The translations under genes and the position numbers were made by a program. From Promethearchaeota archaeon (lineage in GTDB: Archaea; Asgardarchaeota; Lokiarchaeia; Sigyniarchaeales; SOKP01): a stretch of 64,000 nucleotides of DNA. The notes beneath the pieces were generated by a model that ran no database searches, had not been told where the DNA came from, and was given only the letters and a program-made list of their open reading frames with translations. Position 1 is the stretch's first letter; each line of letters begins with the position of its first letter. Of the stretch, positions 43,897-55,223 are shown in pieces. The stretch is from NCBI GenBank assembly GCA_019057865.1, contig JAHLWP010000016.1, forward strand, positions 1 to 64,000, in the 5' to 3' direction.

Positions 43897-44124
43897 TTGG
43901 TAAAAGGATACGTCAAATGGTTTGATGCTCGAAAAGGATTTGGCTTTATAACCATAGATGGTGAAGATAATCAAGATGATGTATTTATTCATTTCTCGAA
44001 TTTAAACATGGATGGTTTCAAGAAATTTAATGCTGGTGATGAGGTTGAGTTTGAAATAAACGACTCAAAAGAGGGTAAAGGTCCTGAAGCACTTAATGTA
44101 AGGGTAAAAAGTAAAGACAGATGA
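43897..44124 (+). CDS. Cold-shock domain protein
   Basis: VKWFDARKGFGFI, DVFIHFS. Confidence 0.93.
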   Translation: MVKGYVKWFDARKGFGFITIDGEDNQDDVFIHFSNLNMDGFKKFNAGDEVEFEINDSKEGKGPEALNVRVKSKDR

Positions 44125-44240
44125 TATTAAGTTCTAAATTGTTGTAACTTTTCTCAAGTTCTTATTTTCAACTTTTAATTTGTGAAATTAAATATATTGG
44201 TTAAAAATTAAAAAAAAAAATTATTAAATTAAATTTTAAT

Positions 44241-45611
44241 TTACTTCTTTTCCCATTCAAAATCTAATTGGACAAATTTCCTCGTATAGAAATAAGAAAT
44301 AATCAATATAACTGACACAATTGGTCCGAATATAAGTAATCCAATTGAGAATGAATATGGTTCTGGAACATAATCTCTTGTTAAATCAGGTAAAGACAAT
44401 ATAGCTCCAATAAAAAAAGCTCCACCTGCTTGAAATAGGTTAAGAATTATGGAAGGAAATCCTGAATATATTCCTGCTTTTAATTCTCCCGTTAATTTTT
44501 CATCATCTTCTGCAACATCAGCATAGATAATATATGGGAACAAATACCAACCTCCCAAGATAGCACCAATCCCTACAATGAATATTATTCCCAGAATTAA
44601 GAAACTATCCATTGGTAGAAATCCTAAAAGAGTAATTGGAAGAAATAATACGGCAAGGAGAAACACATATAGCAGAGTTCGTTTTTTACCTATTTTTTGA
44701 ATTTTTCTTCTCCAAAGATATAAAAATATGAAAATTGTTAGTAGCAACGAAACTGCCGCAATAATGTAATCCATCATACCCAAATTTAAAGCATCTATAA
44801 GATATTTCAACATTGCGGTTGTTATCATAGACCAACCAAGACCTGATATACCTCCCATTAGAACAATTAACATAAAATTTTTATTTTTAACAATAGTTTT
44901 TAGATTTTCAATAAGACTTGATTCTATTTTGTAATGTGGCTCTGTTGGCATTTTAAAAGCAATTATATAAAACAATACGATGGTCATAATTCCGAAAATT
45001 ATTATTGGAATAGAGATATTTAATGGAATAGAGATATTTAGATTAGTAGCTGCTTTTAAATCATCTATATAACTAGTTAGAAAAATTAATGAAAAAAGTG
45101 CCATAATTCCATTCCCTATGTAATTAAAGGTGTTTTGAAATTGAGAAACTTTAGGTCTTTCTTCTACTGGGAATTCTTCTGCCATCCACGCTTGGTAGGG
45201 GGTAGTAACAGAATAAGAAAACCTAAATAGAACCTCCCATACTAACATCCATGTAAATAGGATTTTTTTATCATTAAGGTCAATCATAAAACCAGGTAAC
45301 AATAAGAAAATTGTGGCCAATCCTAAGATTGGAGCAAATATTATGATATATGGTTTTCTGCGTCCCCAACGTGTATATTTAGCATCACTAAGCCATCCAA
45401 ATAAAAACTGGGACAGGGCAATAGTTAAATAACCCATACTAATTATGAAACCAGCTTGAAATGGAGGTAACCTATAACCGGAAGTATAGAGCGTGAATAA
45501 AGCCCATCCTTCGATACCAAGCACGATCGATGTCCCTAATCTTGGTGATCCAAAGAGAATTTTTTTAAAATTACTAGTTCTTTCCCTCACTATTTCATCG
45601 GAATCACTCAT
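44241..45611 (-). CDS. MFS transporter (GPH/MelB-like)
   Basis: GWLSDAKYTRWGRRKPYI; about 12 TM segments. Confidence 0.9.
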   Translation of the reverse strand: MSDSDEIVRERTSNFKKILFGSPRLGTSIVLGIEGWALFTLYTSGYRLPPFQAGFIISMGYLTIALSQFLFGWLSDAKYTRWGRRKPYIIIFAPILGLATIFLLLPGFMIDLNDKKILFTWMLVWEVLFRFSYSVTTPYQAWMAEEFPVEERPKVSQFQNTFNYIGNGIMALFSLIFLTSYIDDLKAATNLNISIPLNISIPIIIFGIMTIVLFYIIAFKMPTEPHYKIESSLIENLKTIVKNKNFMLIVLMGGISGLGWSMITTAMLKYLIDALNLGMMDYIIAAVSLLLTIFIFLYLWRRKIQKIGKKRTLLYVFLLAVLFLPITLLGFLPMDSFLILGIIFIVGIGAILGGWYLFPYIIYADVAEDDEKLTGELKAGIYSGFPSIILNLFQAGGAFFIGAILSLPDLTRDYVPEPYSFSIGLLIFGPIVSVILIISYFYTRKFVQLDFEWEKK

Positions 45612-45764
45612 TTAAATTCACTATTTAAGTATTTAATACATTTTTGATAAATTTTGTTTAAATATAGATTATCAATGAACTTATATAAAAGTATATCAAA
45701 TTTAAGTATTTAAGCAAGAACTTAACAAAATAAGAAAGAGTAATTGAACTTTTAAAAATCCCTT

Positions 45765-46748
45765 TTAGTCCTCTTCTTCATCCCAACCGAGATCTTTTAA
45801 TATAGAATCTATCGCTCCAGATTCTTCTTCTAAAATAAATTCCGTATCATATTCAGTGGCCTCATACGCCGAGTCAAAATCAGGAGGGGCCAATTCTTCA
45901 AATGAAGGTAATTTATCGAGAGGAGGCATATCTTCTCTAATTGCTCTTTCTTGGGATACCGATTCTTCTTCAATTTCCATTGGAGTATAATCTTCAAGTG
46001 GAACTGGAGGTACTTCATCATTATACACTTTAAATTGAGTTTGATCTTCTGATATTAAAGTTTCAGGTACATCAGTGGGCATTTCTTCGGTTATATGCTT
46101 AACTTCTTTATCAAAATCTAACCCAACCGATTTTGGAATTGTTACTATATTATCTATGCTTTCTGCTTCTAATTCCTCGAATTCACCCCCTTCTTTTTCC
46201 CAATCATCCAAGAACCCTAATAAATCGTTTAATGCTTCCTTATCTTGTTCAACTGAAGGAATCCTTAGAAGTTTTGGTTCTTCTTCCACTTGTTCAGGTT
46301 TTATTTTCTCAACTTCTGGTTCTTCTAAGGAAAGGGTCATTTCAGTTTCTTTATCTCCAGATAGTAATCTATTTAATTTCCTAGCTAATTCGCGTAAATA
46401 TCCTAGATAAAATCCAATTCTATAACTTTTTCTTAACCCCCCAAATACAATATATTCATCATTAATTGCCATCAATATACTATATCCTGATTTATTATGT
46501 AGTATAATTTCTGTTAATGCACCATGAACTGTCGCTTGGTTTAATCGTAATCCTAAATCAATAAGTGCAGTACTAGAGGCAGAAGTTGCATCAGCATCTA
46601 ATTCTGATGAAACAGCACTTGCAACCTTCATTCCTACTCTAGATAAAACGGCAAGATTTTCTAAATCTGTTTTCTCTTCTTCTTCTTTTAAAACAAACAT
46701 CATTTTTTTTCGTAGATTTTCTGAGATTGATGACATTTTTACTTTCAC
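45765..46748 (-). CDS. Roadblock/LC7 domain protein with long acidic tail
   Basis: AVLSRVGMKVAS...EIILHNKSGYSILMAI pattern; D/E/P-rich C-terminal region. Confidence 0.75.
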   Translation of the reverse strand: MKVKMSSISENLRKKMMFVLKEEEEKTDLENLAVLSRVGMKVASAVSSELDADATSASSTALIDLGLRLNQATVHGALTEIILHNKSGYSILMAINDEYIVFGGLRKSYRIGFYLGYLRELARKLNRLLSGDKETEMTLSLEEPEVEKIKPEQVEEEPKLLRIPSVEQDKEALNDLLGFLDDWEKEGGEFEELEAESIDNIVTIPKSVGLDFDKEVKHITEEMPTDVPETLISEDQTQFKVYNDEVPPVPLEDYTPMEIEEESVSQERAIREDMPPLDKLPSFEELAPPDFDSAYEATEYDTEFILEEESGAIDSILKDLGWDEEED

Positions 46749-46833
46749 TAAATTAATATCCTATTGAAAAGTATTATTTTTTATGATTTTATGTATTAAT
46801 AGCAAATTTATTTTAATATATTTTATCACTATT

Positions 46834-47544
46834 TCATTTTAAAAACTCATTTAAATTCATTTGAGTTGTTTGAGATTTTTCAAGCTTTTTAAAAGAGTAC
46901 CCCGATAAATCTGTTATAACTATTTTTATTTTATCGATTACATCCTCAATAGTTAAGTTTTCGGTTTCTATTTTGAAAACATTTTGTTTTTTTAATAAAA
47001 ATTGATTATAATAAGAAAGAATTTTGATAAGGTATTCTTTATCAGCTTCATTCCATTCTAATCTAACTGCTTCAATTGATCCTCTTTGAATTATACGTCG
47101 TAAAATTGTATTTGGGTTAGCATATAAATAAATTATATAATCCTCTTTCCATTTGATAGAATTATATGTGTCTAAAATAAGCTTATAGTCTTTTTCTTTT
47201 AAATTTAAACTTTTGGAATATATTAATACGCATAGAGGTGTTCTGTCTAAAATCATTACTCTACCATTATATTTATTATCGTAATTCACGATACTTTGAT
47301 TTCTTCTGATGAATTGTTGAAGAAAATGAAGTTCACTTCTAAATCCAATTTGTTTGTCTGAAGAACCAAAGGGAAAAGGTGGATTTTTTTTATATCTTTC
47401 AGGGAAAAATTTAAATTTATTATTATCTATAACCATTTTTTTAAGAAGATTAAATACAGAGGTTTTACCAACTCCATGTGCTCCTGCAATAGAGATTATA
47501 ATATTATCTTTACTGGCTCTATTTCTATAAATTCTTTTGCTCAA
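46834..47544 (-). CDS. Deoxynucleoside/thymidylate kinase family protein
   Basis: GAHGVGKT, ILDR, RIIQRG. Confidence 0.8.
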   Translation of the reverse strand: MSKRIYRNRASKDNIIISIAGAHGVGKTSVFNLLKKMVIDNNKFKFFPERYKKNPPFPFGSSDKQIGFRSELHFLQQFIRRNQSIVNYDNKYNGRVMILDRTPLCVLIYSKSLNLKEKDYKLILDTYNSIKWKEDYIIYLYANPNTILRRIIQRGSIEAVRLEWNEADKEYLIKILSYYNQFLLKKQNVFKIETENLTIEDVIDKIKIVITDLSGYSFKKLEKSQTTQMNLNEFLK

Positions 47545-47672
47545 TCTTTTTTACTCCAAACTGCGAAGATTATATCCTATTAGGTATAGTTATGGTTTTA
47601 AATAATAGCACTAGAGATTATTGATTTTTTTATTATTAAAATTTTATATTTAAGGGATAATGAATACTTCTT

Positions 47673-48755
47673 TTAAAGAACTAGAAAAATTACTATCAGA
47701 AGATTGTAAAAAATACTTGCTATAATTGTATTGTATAAATTTTTGTTTATTTCATATAATAATCCTAAAATCGTGAAGATTATAAAATTTACATAAAAAT
47801 ACCCTAATCCTATAGGAAAAGAAAATAACAACATTAAAACAGAATATATCAATGCAACAAAAAGAATAACTTTAAAATCATTCTTAAATCTCTCTTTTAG
47901 GGTGTTATGTAGAACTCCTCTAAATACAATTTCAGTTGAAAAACTACCTAAGCTTAAAAGAATTGTAAGTAATGCAATTAATAGAAAATCAGCATCTCGT
48001 ATAATTGAATTTTGTTCTTCAATAGTTTCTTTTATTTCAAAAAAATCCAGACCCCGATCAGATATAAGATCAATTAAGTAACCTGAAAAATAATTAATTA
48101 GGAATAAACATAATCCAACTAAAACGCCAATTAACAGTGCTAAAATAAACTTCTTAAATTCTGAAATTAAGCCTAATTTCTTATAACTATGTTTTTTGGA
48201 ATATATATACCATAAAGGGTATATGCCAAATAATAATTCTGGAATTTGACTTAATAGAATAATGTTCATATTGAGCTCTATTTTAGTAGCTTCTGTTTGA
48301 AACGCTATAATAGTAAAAAGTAGAAAATAAATAATGATTAAAATATATAAGCAATTTCCAAAAATGTTAATACCTTCTTTCAAATTCCATGTATCTTTCT
48401 TTAATATGAATTTTTGTTCGACTTCAAATTTTTTATTGGTAAAAATTAAACCAGGTTTTTTTTGAATCATTAATTTTTTTTGTTCAGATATTTTCTCTAA
48501 CATAGTATTACATATTGGACATTGATCTAAAACACTAGATGTAATTATAGAACCACAACCAGAACATTTTCGGGTAATTTGGATTTTCTCGCCAACAACA
48601 GGTCTTCTTACAATTTGTTGTTTAACTTCTTTTTTTTCTGGCTTTATTTTCAAAACTAACTTACCACAATTAGGGCAATATATTCTTCCTTCTTCTATAT
48701 ATTTTCCACAAAAGACGCAATACTTAGCTCTCTTCTCTTCGTTATCTTCAGACAT
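47673..48755 (-). CDS. Double zinc ribbon + CPBP-like membrane domain
   Basis: CVFC/CPNC/CSGC/CPIC; TEIVFRG; the family's catalytic His residues are absent. Confidence 0.8.
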   Translation of the reverse strand: MSEDNEEKRAKYCVFCGKYIEEGRIYCPNCGKLVLKIKPEKKEVKQQIVRRPVVGEKIQITRKCSGCGSIITSSVLDQCPICNTMLEKISEQKKLMIQKKPGLIFTNKKFEVEQKFILKKDTWNLKEGINIFGNCLYILIIIYFLLFTIIAFQTEATKIELNMNIILLSQIPELLFGIYPLWYIYSKKHSYKKLGLISEFKKFILALLIGVLVGLCLFLINYFSGYLIDLISDRGLDFFEIKETIEEQNSIIRDADFLLIALLTILLSLGSFSTEIVFRGVLHNTLKERFKNDFKVILFVALIYSVLMLLFSFPIGLGYFYVNFIIFTILGLLYEINKNLYNTIIASIFYNLLIVIFLVL

Positions 48756-48913
48756 TATTCACTGTAATCAGAAAGATTAAATTAACAATAAAATCTAATA
48801 AAAATATTTTTTCTTTATTTTATTTTGTAAAATATATAAACTAAGAATTATATAATTTATGATTATATATTAAATAACTATAAGGAGTAAAGGAAGGAAA
48901 GAAGGGAAGAAAA

Positions 48914-49300
48914 TTGTTAAAAAAATTATTTAAAAAACGAATACATGAAATATTAGAGAAATACAATGATAAAAATGCTCTAATCATTGATGAAATTTCT
49001 AATTTTTTTGGACAAGAATCCTTAGGAGTATTGAAAGTACGTGGAAATGGTGTTTTAATTCTCACAGAAGAAGAGCTATTCTTTGAAATGTGGAAACCTA
49101 AAAAAGAGCTATTGATTCCTATTAAAACTATCATTGAAATTACAAATTCAAAATCACATATGCATAGATCTGTGTTTAGACCACTTTTAAAAGTAATATT
49201 TAAGAATGAGAATAATGAAGTTGATTCAGCTGCTTGGTATGTACGCAATTTAGATCATTGGAATGAAATATTAAATAAATTAATCAATAAAAATATATAA
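48914..49300 (+). CDS. Hypothetical protein (GRAM/PH-like pattern)
   Basis: GVLILTEEELFF...IPIKTI. Confidence 0.65.
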   Translation: MLKKLFKKRIHEILEKYNDKNALIIDEISNFFGQESLGVLKVRGNGVLILTEEELFFEMWKPKKELLIPIKTIIEITNSKSHMHRSVFRPLLKVIFKNENNEVDSAAWYVRNLDHWNEILNKLINKNI

Positions 49301-49308
49301 GCTTCTAA

Positions 49309-50574
49309 TTATTCATTATTCATTTTCTCAGTATGAATTTTCAATTTTTTTTTAGTTATATTATATAATTCCATTAACAATAATCCTTGATAATATGTGA
49401 TTGAGTCAAAATAACCCTCTCCTAAATCAGACTTCCCTGCGTAAACTAAAGCAATTTGAGCATTAAGCGCCGCTTTCATTATAAGTTCTACGCCTTTATA
49501 TATTAAATTAGGACTCCACATCCCTTTTTCTGGATTTGCCCACCAAGTGGGACAAGAATAAAGACATTTATCATAGAACCACCGAGCTGTTGTATAATAA
49601 TGTTTAATTTCCCAATTTTGTATTATATCGATATCATCTACTAAATAAATAAGATTATTCATACTTCGCATGATTTTCCAATAATATTTATGAATATTGT
49701 TCTCAGGATGATTCCATAAAGGATAGGGAATCCCTACTTTTATATCCTCAATAGTAGTGCTCCAACTTGATTCCCTTGGGACGATTTTTTCCTCTGCGAT
49801 AGGAAAATATTTATCCAAATCTGAAATAAATACTATTTCAATATCATTATTCTCATTAATAATTTCCAAAGTTTTACCTAAAAAAGTCTTCTCGTATTTT
49901 TTTATGTGATGTCCGAATGTTTCACCATCCATAGCCGTAATTATATAACTATTATTCTTATAATCCTGTTTTTTGTCCTTATACATAATATTTAATTCCT
50001 TAACGAATTCCTTAGTACTAATTGATTTAAAAGCAATTTTGTTACTCAAGATTTCATCTCTAAAAAAAAGCTGTAACCCATTTGGAGATTTATATATCCT
50101 ATCATATGGCCACTCAATAGGACAAGCAATTCCACTTACTATTACCCATTTATAACCTAAATCTCGTATGAATTTAGCAACCCCTCCTGAGATTGCCATT
50201 TCTGGTGGAAAAAAACCTTTTCTTTGCCAACGACCGAATTCTTTTCTATTTAAATCCTCATTAATTTGAATTTGATGTTGAGTTTCTTTAATAGGGATTA
50301 ATGGAAGAATAGGATGAAACTTTGCTGTTCCGACGATTTCAATTTTATTTTCTGAAACTAAATTCTTTATTAAATCCATAGTATCACCTAATTCATATTC
50401 ATAAAGCAATTCAATAAGAACACCATTAATATTTAAGCAAAATTTGGCATTTTCATGATCTTCAATAATGGAAAATAAAGGTTTGTAACATTCTTTGTCA
50501 ATTGTTTTTAAAATTTCGATCTCTTGGTTTGGTGGTTGATAAACATGAATAAGAGGTGCCCAATAAGTGACCAA
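49309..50574 (-). CDS. Glycoside hydrolase family 57
   Basis: HVYQP, HPILPL, FFPPEMA, AMDGETFGHH. Confidence 0.92.
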   Translation of the reverse strand: MVTYWAPLIHVYQPPNQEIEILKTIDKECYKPLFSIIEDHENAKFCLNINGVLIELLYEYELGDTMDLIKNLVSENKIEIVGTAKFHPILPLIPIKETQHQIQINEDLNRKEFGRWQRKGFFPPEMAISGGVAKFIRDLGYKWVIVSGIACPIEWPYDRIYKSPNGLQLFFRDEILSNKIAFKSISTKEFVKELNIMYKDKKQDYKNNSYIITAMDGETFGHHIKKYEKTFLGKTLEIINENNDIEIVFISDLDKYFPIAEEKIVPRESSWSTTIEDIKVGIPYPLWNHPENNIHKYYWKIMRSMNNLIYLVDDIDIIQNWEIKHYYTTARWFYDKCLYSCPTWWANPEKGMWSPNLIYKGVELIMKAALNAQIALVYAGKSDLGEGYFDSITYYQGLLLMELYNITKKKLKIHTEKMNNE

Positions 50575-50629
50575 TTAATTACACCTTTTTTTAAATAATT
50601 GTAATTTAATTTTCAATATAAGTAAATAT

Positions 50630-51745
50630 TTATTTTTCAAGAATTGTTTCTTTTATTGCTGTGCCAAAATGAGTGGCGCCAGGTCCGATATGGACTAATA
50701 CTTCATCTCCAACCTTAATATCTACAACGGATTTGGCATTACCGTTAATATCGATTAAACGTATAGTTTCTGCATTTTGACATATACAATAAATTGGAAT
50801 TGTTATATCTCCTTTTGATACTTCTAATTCAAATCTGAGCATTGGACGCGTTTCGATTTTCACCCTTCCTACTGATACAATTCTAGCATCACCATTACTG
50901 CTAACTGCTAATACTCTATCCCCACCTTTTAATTCACTCAGATATTTAGTACGATATATCTTCTCGGGATCATCATTATGTACTAAGATATAGGCGGATA
51001 CATCTCCAGCATTAACCCTAAACGGTCTGGAAGCTACGAATTGTGTTTCAAAAACCTCAGCATGAATTAAGCAGAATCCTGTTGCGGTAGAACCCACAAG
51101 AAATCCCTCCCCGGGATGAAGGAGAGAAGTTGTATCAACACACACTCGATCGCTTTCAGGTATACTATTGATGTTAATGACTCTTGCTGCTGTTAAATCA
51201 ATTTTGAATGAAATAAATAATAACTTTTTTAATTCAACCAACTCATTTACATTATTAGGCTTAATTAAAATTCCATCAACACCAATTTCAAGTGTCTTTA
51301 ACATTAATTCAGCTTCTTTAACATTCTCCACTTCAGCAATCAATTCTGTTTCATGTGAATGCATTTCTGCTATAAGATTTTCAAATGGAATAATTTTCCA
51401 ATTTCTTGTAGAAATAATAATCAGATCTATTTTCCCTGTTTTCGAGAGTTCTACTACTTCTCTCTCATCTTCCTTTGATTTTAATTTTTTATAAAAACCT
51501 ATATTTTCTCCAGAAATTCTTTTTTCTGCTAACTTCTTTTGTAATTCTTCTTTATTTTCATAGATCGTATATTTAGCAGGTACTTCAAGATCTTTTGTGA
51601 AAATAGTAATACGCTCAATTCCCTTGAACTCAGAAAAAGTAGACTCAGTAACCAGAAAATTTAGAAAATTTTTATTAAATGCCTCTTGAACTAATTCCTT
51701 GAAACTGCTACTTCTAGTTTCAAAGTTTATTATAATTTTTTTCAT
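50630..51745 (-). CDS. 3-dehydroquinate synthase II
   Basis: WKIIPFENLIA, DRVCVDT, RPFRVNAG, QNAETIRL. Confidence 0.95.
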   Translation of the reverse strand: MKKIIINFETRSSSFKELVQEAFNKNFLNFLVTESTFSEFKGIERITIFTKDLEVPAKYTIYENKEELQKKLAEKRISGENIGFYKKLKSKEDEREVVELSKTGKIDLIIISTRNWKIIPFENLIAEMHSHETELIAEVENVKEAELMLKTLEIGVDGILIKPNNVNELVELKKLLFISFKIDLTAARVININSIPESDRVCVDTTSLLHPGEGFLVGSTATGFCLIHAEVFETQFVASRPFRVNAGDVSAYILVHNDDPEKIYRTKYLSELKGGDRVLAVSSNGDARIVSVGRVKIETRPMLRFELEVSKGDITIPIYCICQNAETIRLIDINGNAKSVVDIKVGDEVLVHIGPGATHFGTAIKETILEK

Positions 51746-51895
51746 TATTTTTCAAAATTTGGTCTATGAAAACTTTTTTGATGAGAATTCTTTTATTATA
51801 TTATATTAAATAATATTAAATTTTTAAGCTAGAAAAATCATATATTTCATAAAATAGATAATATTATGAATTAATTATGAAACTCTGGAGTTGAG

Positions 51896-52549
51896 ATGCT
51901 TATAGGACTCAAGAAAAAATTATTCCCCCGGAAAAGTAAAGAAAAAGATGATTTAGTCTCTAAAGCAAAAGGTCATATTCATAGATTGAATGTAATGAAT
52001 AAAAATTATAGCCGACGTGCTGAGATTAATCGTAAAAATGCCAAAATTGCATTGAAACGTGGAGAAAAAGATCGTGCGAAGAATTATCTTATTCAATACA
52101 AGGCTTATCAAGCCAAGGTTGATAGATCCAATAATATTAGAGCAAAAATCGAAAGACAAATTCAAGCAATAGAAGAGGGTGTTTTAATATCGAAAACTGG
52201 TGATATATTTGGAGGGATAAGAGATGAATTGGAATATATTGCCACTAAAGCTTCCCCTGCTAAAGTTGCTGAAATCGCAGAAGATTCTGAAGCATATGTA
52301 GCAGAAATTGAAGAAGCAGCAGATATTTTAGCGGGAGATCCTGAGATAGATCTTGCAATTGATGTTACAGAAGAATTAAATCAATTGGAAACGGAAATAC
52401 TCCTTGATCAAGGAGGTACAATGCCCAAAGTTCCCGCAGATGATTTACAATACATTCCTGAATACGAAGAACTTGAAGAAGAAGAGATGAAATCAAAAGA
52501 AAAGCTTAAGGATGAGATCGATAAACTACGCAAAGAATTACAAGGCTAA
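51896..52549 (+). CDS. ESCRT-III (Snf7 family) protein
   Basis: Basic N-terminal helical hairpin (AKIALKRGEKDRAKNYL) and acidic C-terminal half ending in a helix. Confidence 0.8.
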   Translation: MLIGLKKKLFPRKSKEKDDLVSKAKGHIHRLNVMNKNYSRRAEINRKNAKIALKRGEKDRAKNYLIQYKAYQAKVDRSNNIRAKIERQIQAIEEGVLISKTGDIFGGIRDELEYIATKASPAKVAEIAEDSEAYVAEIEEAADILAGDPEIDLAIDVTEELNQLETEILLDQGGTMPKVPADDLQYIPEYEELEEEEMKSKEKLKDEIDKLRKELQG

Positions 52550-52614
52550 TTCTTTTGGTACAATAATCGATTTGAAGCTTATTATATTATCATTTAGCTG
52601 GGTTATAATAAAAT

Positions 52615-54711
52615 TCAAGTGAAGTATCTTTTATTATCAAAATTTCTATTATTTTTCTTTATCGCCTCGATTTCTTCTAATTCTTCTTTTAAAGATTCAC
52701 TTTTATTTTCAATTAAATATATTTCTTTTTGTAGATTCTTAAAAGTTCTAAAATAATCAATCTCTGAAATAATTCCTTGATCAAATTTTGCATCAAGTGT
52801 TTTTAATGTTTCTTTTAGACTATATCTATCTTTATTTAATTCAAATAACTTTTCACGTTTTTCTTTATCGAGTTTAAATATTTTTCTATTACTTTTATAA
52901 GTATTTTCTGTTGGAAGATTCTCTGGATCAAATAAATCAGATAAATGATTTCTATTATAATCTGTATAATCCGATATCGGATTGGAATAACGATTTGTAG
53001 ATGCTGTATTATAGAATTCAGGATTTATGAAATTCGGGTGATCTGGAGTGGGGAGATTGAATTTTTGTGCCTGCCCTAATTTTCTCATCAAAAGATTTTT
53101 ATGTCCGAAATCAGAAAACTCATCATTATATAAGTTTGCCCTTTGAGGGCGATAGTTTTGAAATCTATTAGGATTATGAAGATCCTGAATAAAATATTCG
53201 TTTACATCTTGGTCAGATGCTAAATACTGATGTAAAGGGTTTGAATAATAACTCAGATCTACGGGTAATTGAGTAGCTGGACTTCTCACATAAGACGGAT
53301 AAGTAAAACCTGGATAAATTTTTAAATTTTCTGGAAAAAAGTTGCTCTTTAGATTAGTTAAAAATTGTTTTTTAGGCCAAAATTGCTGTAAATTTTGGTT
53401 TTGATGATATGGATATTGATGATGATTTTGATTAGGATGATAATGTATTAGACTGTCTTGGTAATTAATGCGTTGAGCTAATCCTTTATTATAATTACTT
53501 ATATTTTCAAATCCTTTATTGTATTGACATTTTAAGCTAAAGAAAGAGTTGATACTTTCTTCAATAAAATTTATCAAATCATTTAACTCAATATCAATGT
53601 TTTGAAGTTGTGTAGTTGATTTGTTATCTATAATATTAGATTCATCAAAGGTTCTTGCTAAAAGTATGTATTCAATTACTCTTGAAATAGCATTAGGAGG
53701 AAGAGTAAATTCATATTTTCCATATTCAAATTCTAAATATAATTTTTTGAATACTTTACCTTTTTCTCTAATCCTAGTTAAATCACGAACTGGTGCTTTA
53801 AAAGTTAACTCTTGCTTTTTTTTTCCTACTCCATACTTATGAACAAATGAGAGATCTAAATTGGATATAAATAAAATACCCTTATTTTTCTTGAATTTAT
53901 CTTGAGTATTTAATCCATTAATTAATTTTGCATAAATTGCATAGACTGGTTTCTCATTTTCTGCTAAACTTAGAAATTTTTTATAAGTTGAAAAATAAAA
54001 GCTGATTCTGTCAATGAAGTTCAGATTCTTTTCAAAAGGAACCATGCTTTCATTGAAAGTTTTAACATTAGTATTAATGAACTCATTGATTGAATTATAA
54101 TTTCTCAATAGATTTTCCAAAATCCCTTCAATTATAGTTAAATTAGAATTAGGCTGAGAAAAGATATCAAAAAAGTACTCTTTATTCTGATCTAATTGGT
54201 GGAAATGGTGATTTGTTTTTTCATATAAAGTATTTTTTATATAGATAAATAATTTAAAAAGAGCTAATAAATCTGATTCCATTTTAGGGAAATGATAGCA
54301 TTTAATAGGGGGATCTCTGGCTCTATAGATTTCTTGGCGAAGTTTATATAATTTTTGCAATATTTCATTAATAGGGTTAATGAATAAACGTACATCTTTA
54401 ATTGTTTCTAAAAATTTCTTCTCTAATTCTTCTTTTTTTTCATAAATATTTATTATTTGATGTGAATTACATTTTGGGCAAGATTTTAAAACTTGATTTA
54501 CTTTGACAATATTTTCTTTACCACAATCTCTGCATACTTTCTTTTTTTCAGAATCTAAAGTTTCAATATTTCTAGACTTACAATCTTGACAGATAAAAAA
54601 CTCGAATTTATTCTCATGTAAGCAATCAGAACAACTAGATATACCACACTCTTGGCAATAATAAGCTATTTTAACATAACTGTGACAAAATCGGCACATT
54701 TGTTCTGACAT
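52615..54711 (-). CDS. Multi-Zn-finger, coiled-coil, PH-like domain protein with low-complexity linker
   Basis: Six CxxC pairs; GILFISNLDLSFV; Q/N/P/Y/H-rich region; C-terminal coiled coil. Confidence 0.75.
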   Translation of the reverse strand: MSEQMCRFCHSYVKIAYYCQECGISSCSDCLHENKFEFFICQDCKSRNIETLDSEKKKVCRDCGKENIVKVNQVLKSCPKCNSHQIINIYEKKEELEKKFLETIKDVRLFINPINEILQKLYKLRQEIYRARDPPIKCYHFPKMESDLLALFKLFIYIKNTLYEKTNHHFHQLDQNKEYFFDIFSQPNSNLTIIEGILENLLRNYNSINEFINTNVKTFNESMVPFEKNLNFIDRISFYFSTYKKFLSLAENEKPVYAIYAKLINGLNTQDKFKKNKGILFISNLDLSFVHKYGVGKKKQELTFKAPVRDLTRIREKGKVFKKLYLEFEYGKYEFTLPPNAISRVIEYILLARTFDESNIIDNKSTTQLQNIDIELNDLINFIEESINSFFSLKCQYNKGFENISNYNKGLAQRINYQDSLIHYHPNQNHHQYPYHQNQNLQQFWPKKQFLTNLKSNFFPENLKIYPGFTYPSYVRSPATQLPVDLSYYSNPLHQYLASDQDVNEYFIQDLHNPNRFQNYRPQRANLYNDEFSDFGHKNLLMRKLGQAQKFNLPTPDHPNFINPEFYNTASTNRYSNPISDYTDYNRNHLSDLFDPENLPTENTYKSNRKIFKLDKEKREKLFELNKDRYSLKETLKTLDAKFDQGIISEIDYFRTFKNLQKEIYLIENKSESLKEELEEIEAIKKNNRNFDNKRYFT

Positions 54712-54929
54712 TTTTATTATAAAACCCAGCCTAATAATATGAAAAAATCTTAAATAAACTATTAATCAAAAAAGAAATATTATCTCATCATCAAAAATAA
54801 GTATAATATTTATGTAATACCTATACAAAGTCAAGAATAATTAATTAAGAACGTAAGTTTGACTATTTTATAAATTTTGAAAACAAGTTAAATGATATTT
54901 ATACTATTTTAAATAGTATTTTAACAACT

Positions 54930-55223
54930 TTATTTGATAATTCTAACTTTAGTACCAAGTGCTTTTCCTGGGACACCTGCTTTTTTAAAATGGGCTCTTA
55001 CAGCACCACTATTTCCATGAGCTCGTGTTATTACTCCCCTCAAATTTTTACCAGTAGGAGTAGTCCAGATTACTGTTCTTCCTATCAATTTATTCGCTTC
55101 TTTTCTAGTTTCAATATTTGGAAATATTAAAATACAGTGTTTAGGATGAATTGTATGGCGCCCTCTCCTATAATTGGAGATAACTCCTTCCAACCCCAAT
55201 AATTCTATTTTATTTGATGCCAT
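54930..55223 (-). CDS. rpl35ae: 50S ribosomal protein L35Ae
   Basis: NYRRG, GVITRAHGNSGAVRAHF. Confidence 0.95.
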   Translation of the reverse strand: MASNKIELLGLEGVISNYRRGRHTIHPKHCILIFPNIETRKEANKLIGRTVIWTTPTGKNLRGVITRAHGNSGAVRAHFKKAGVPGKALGTKVRIIK

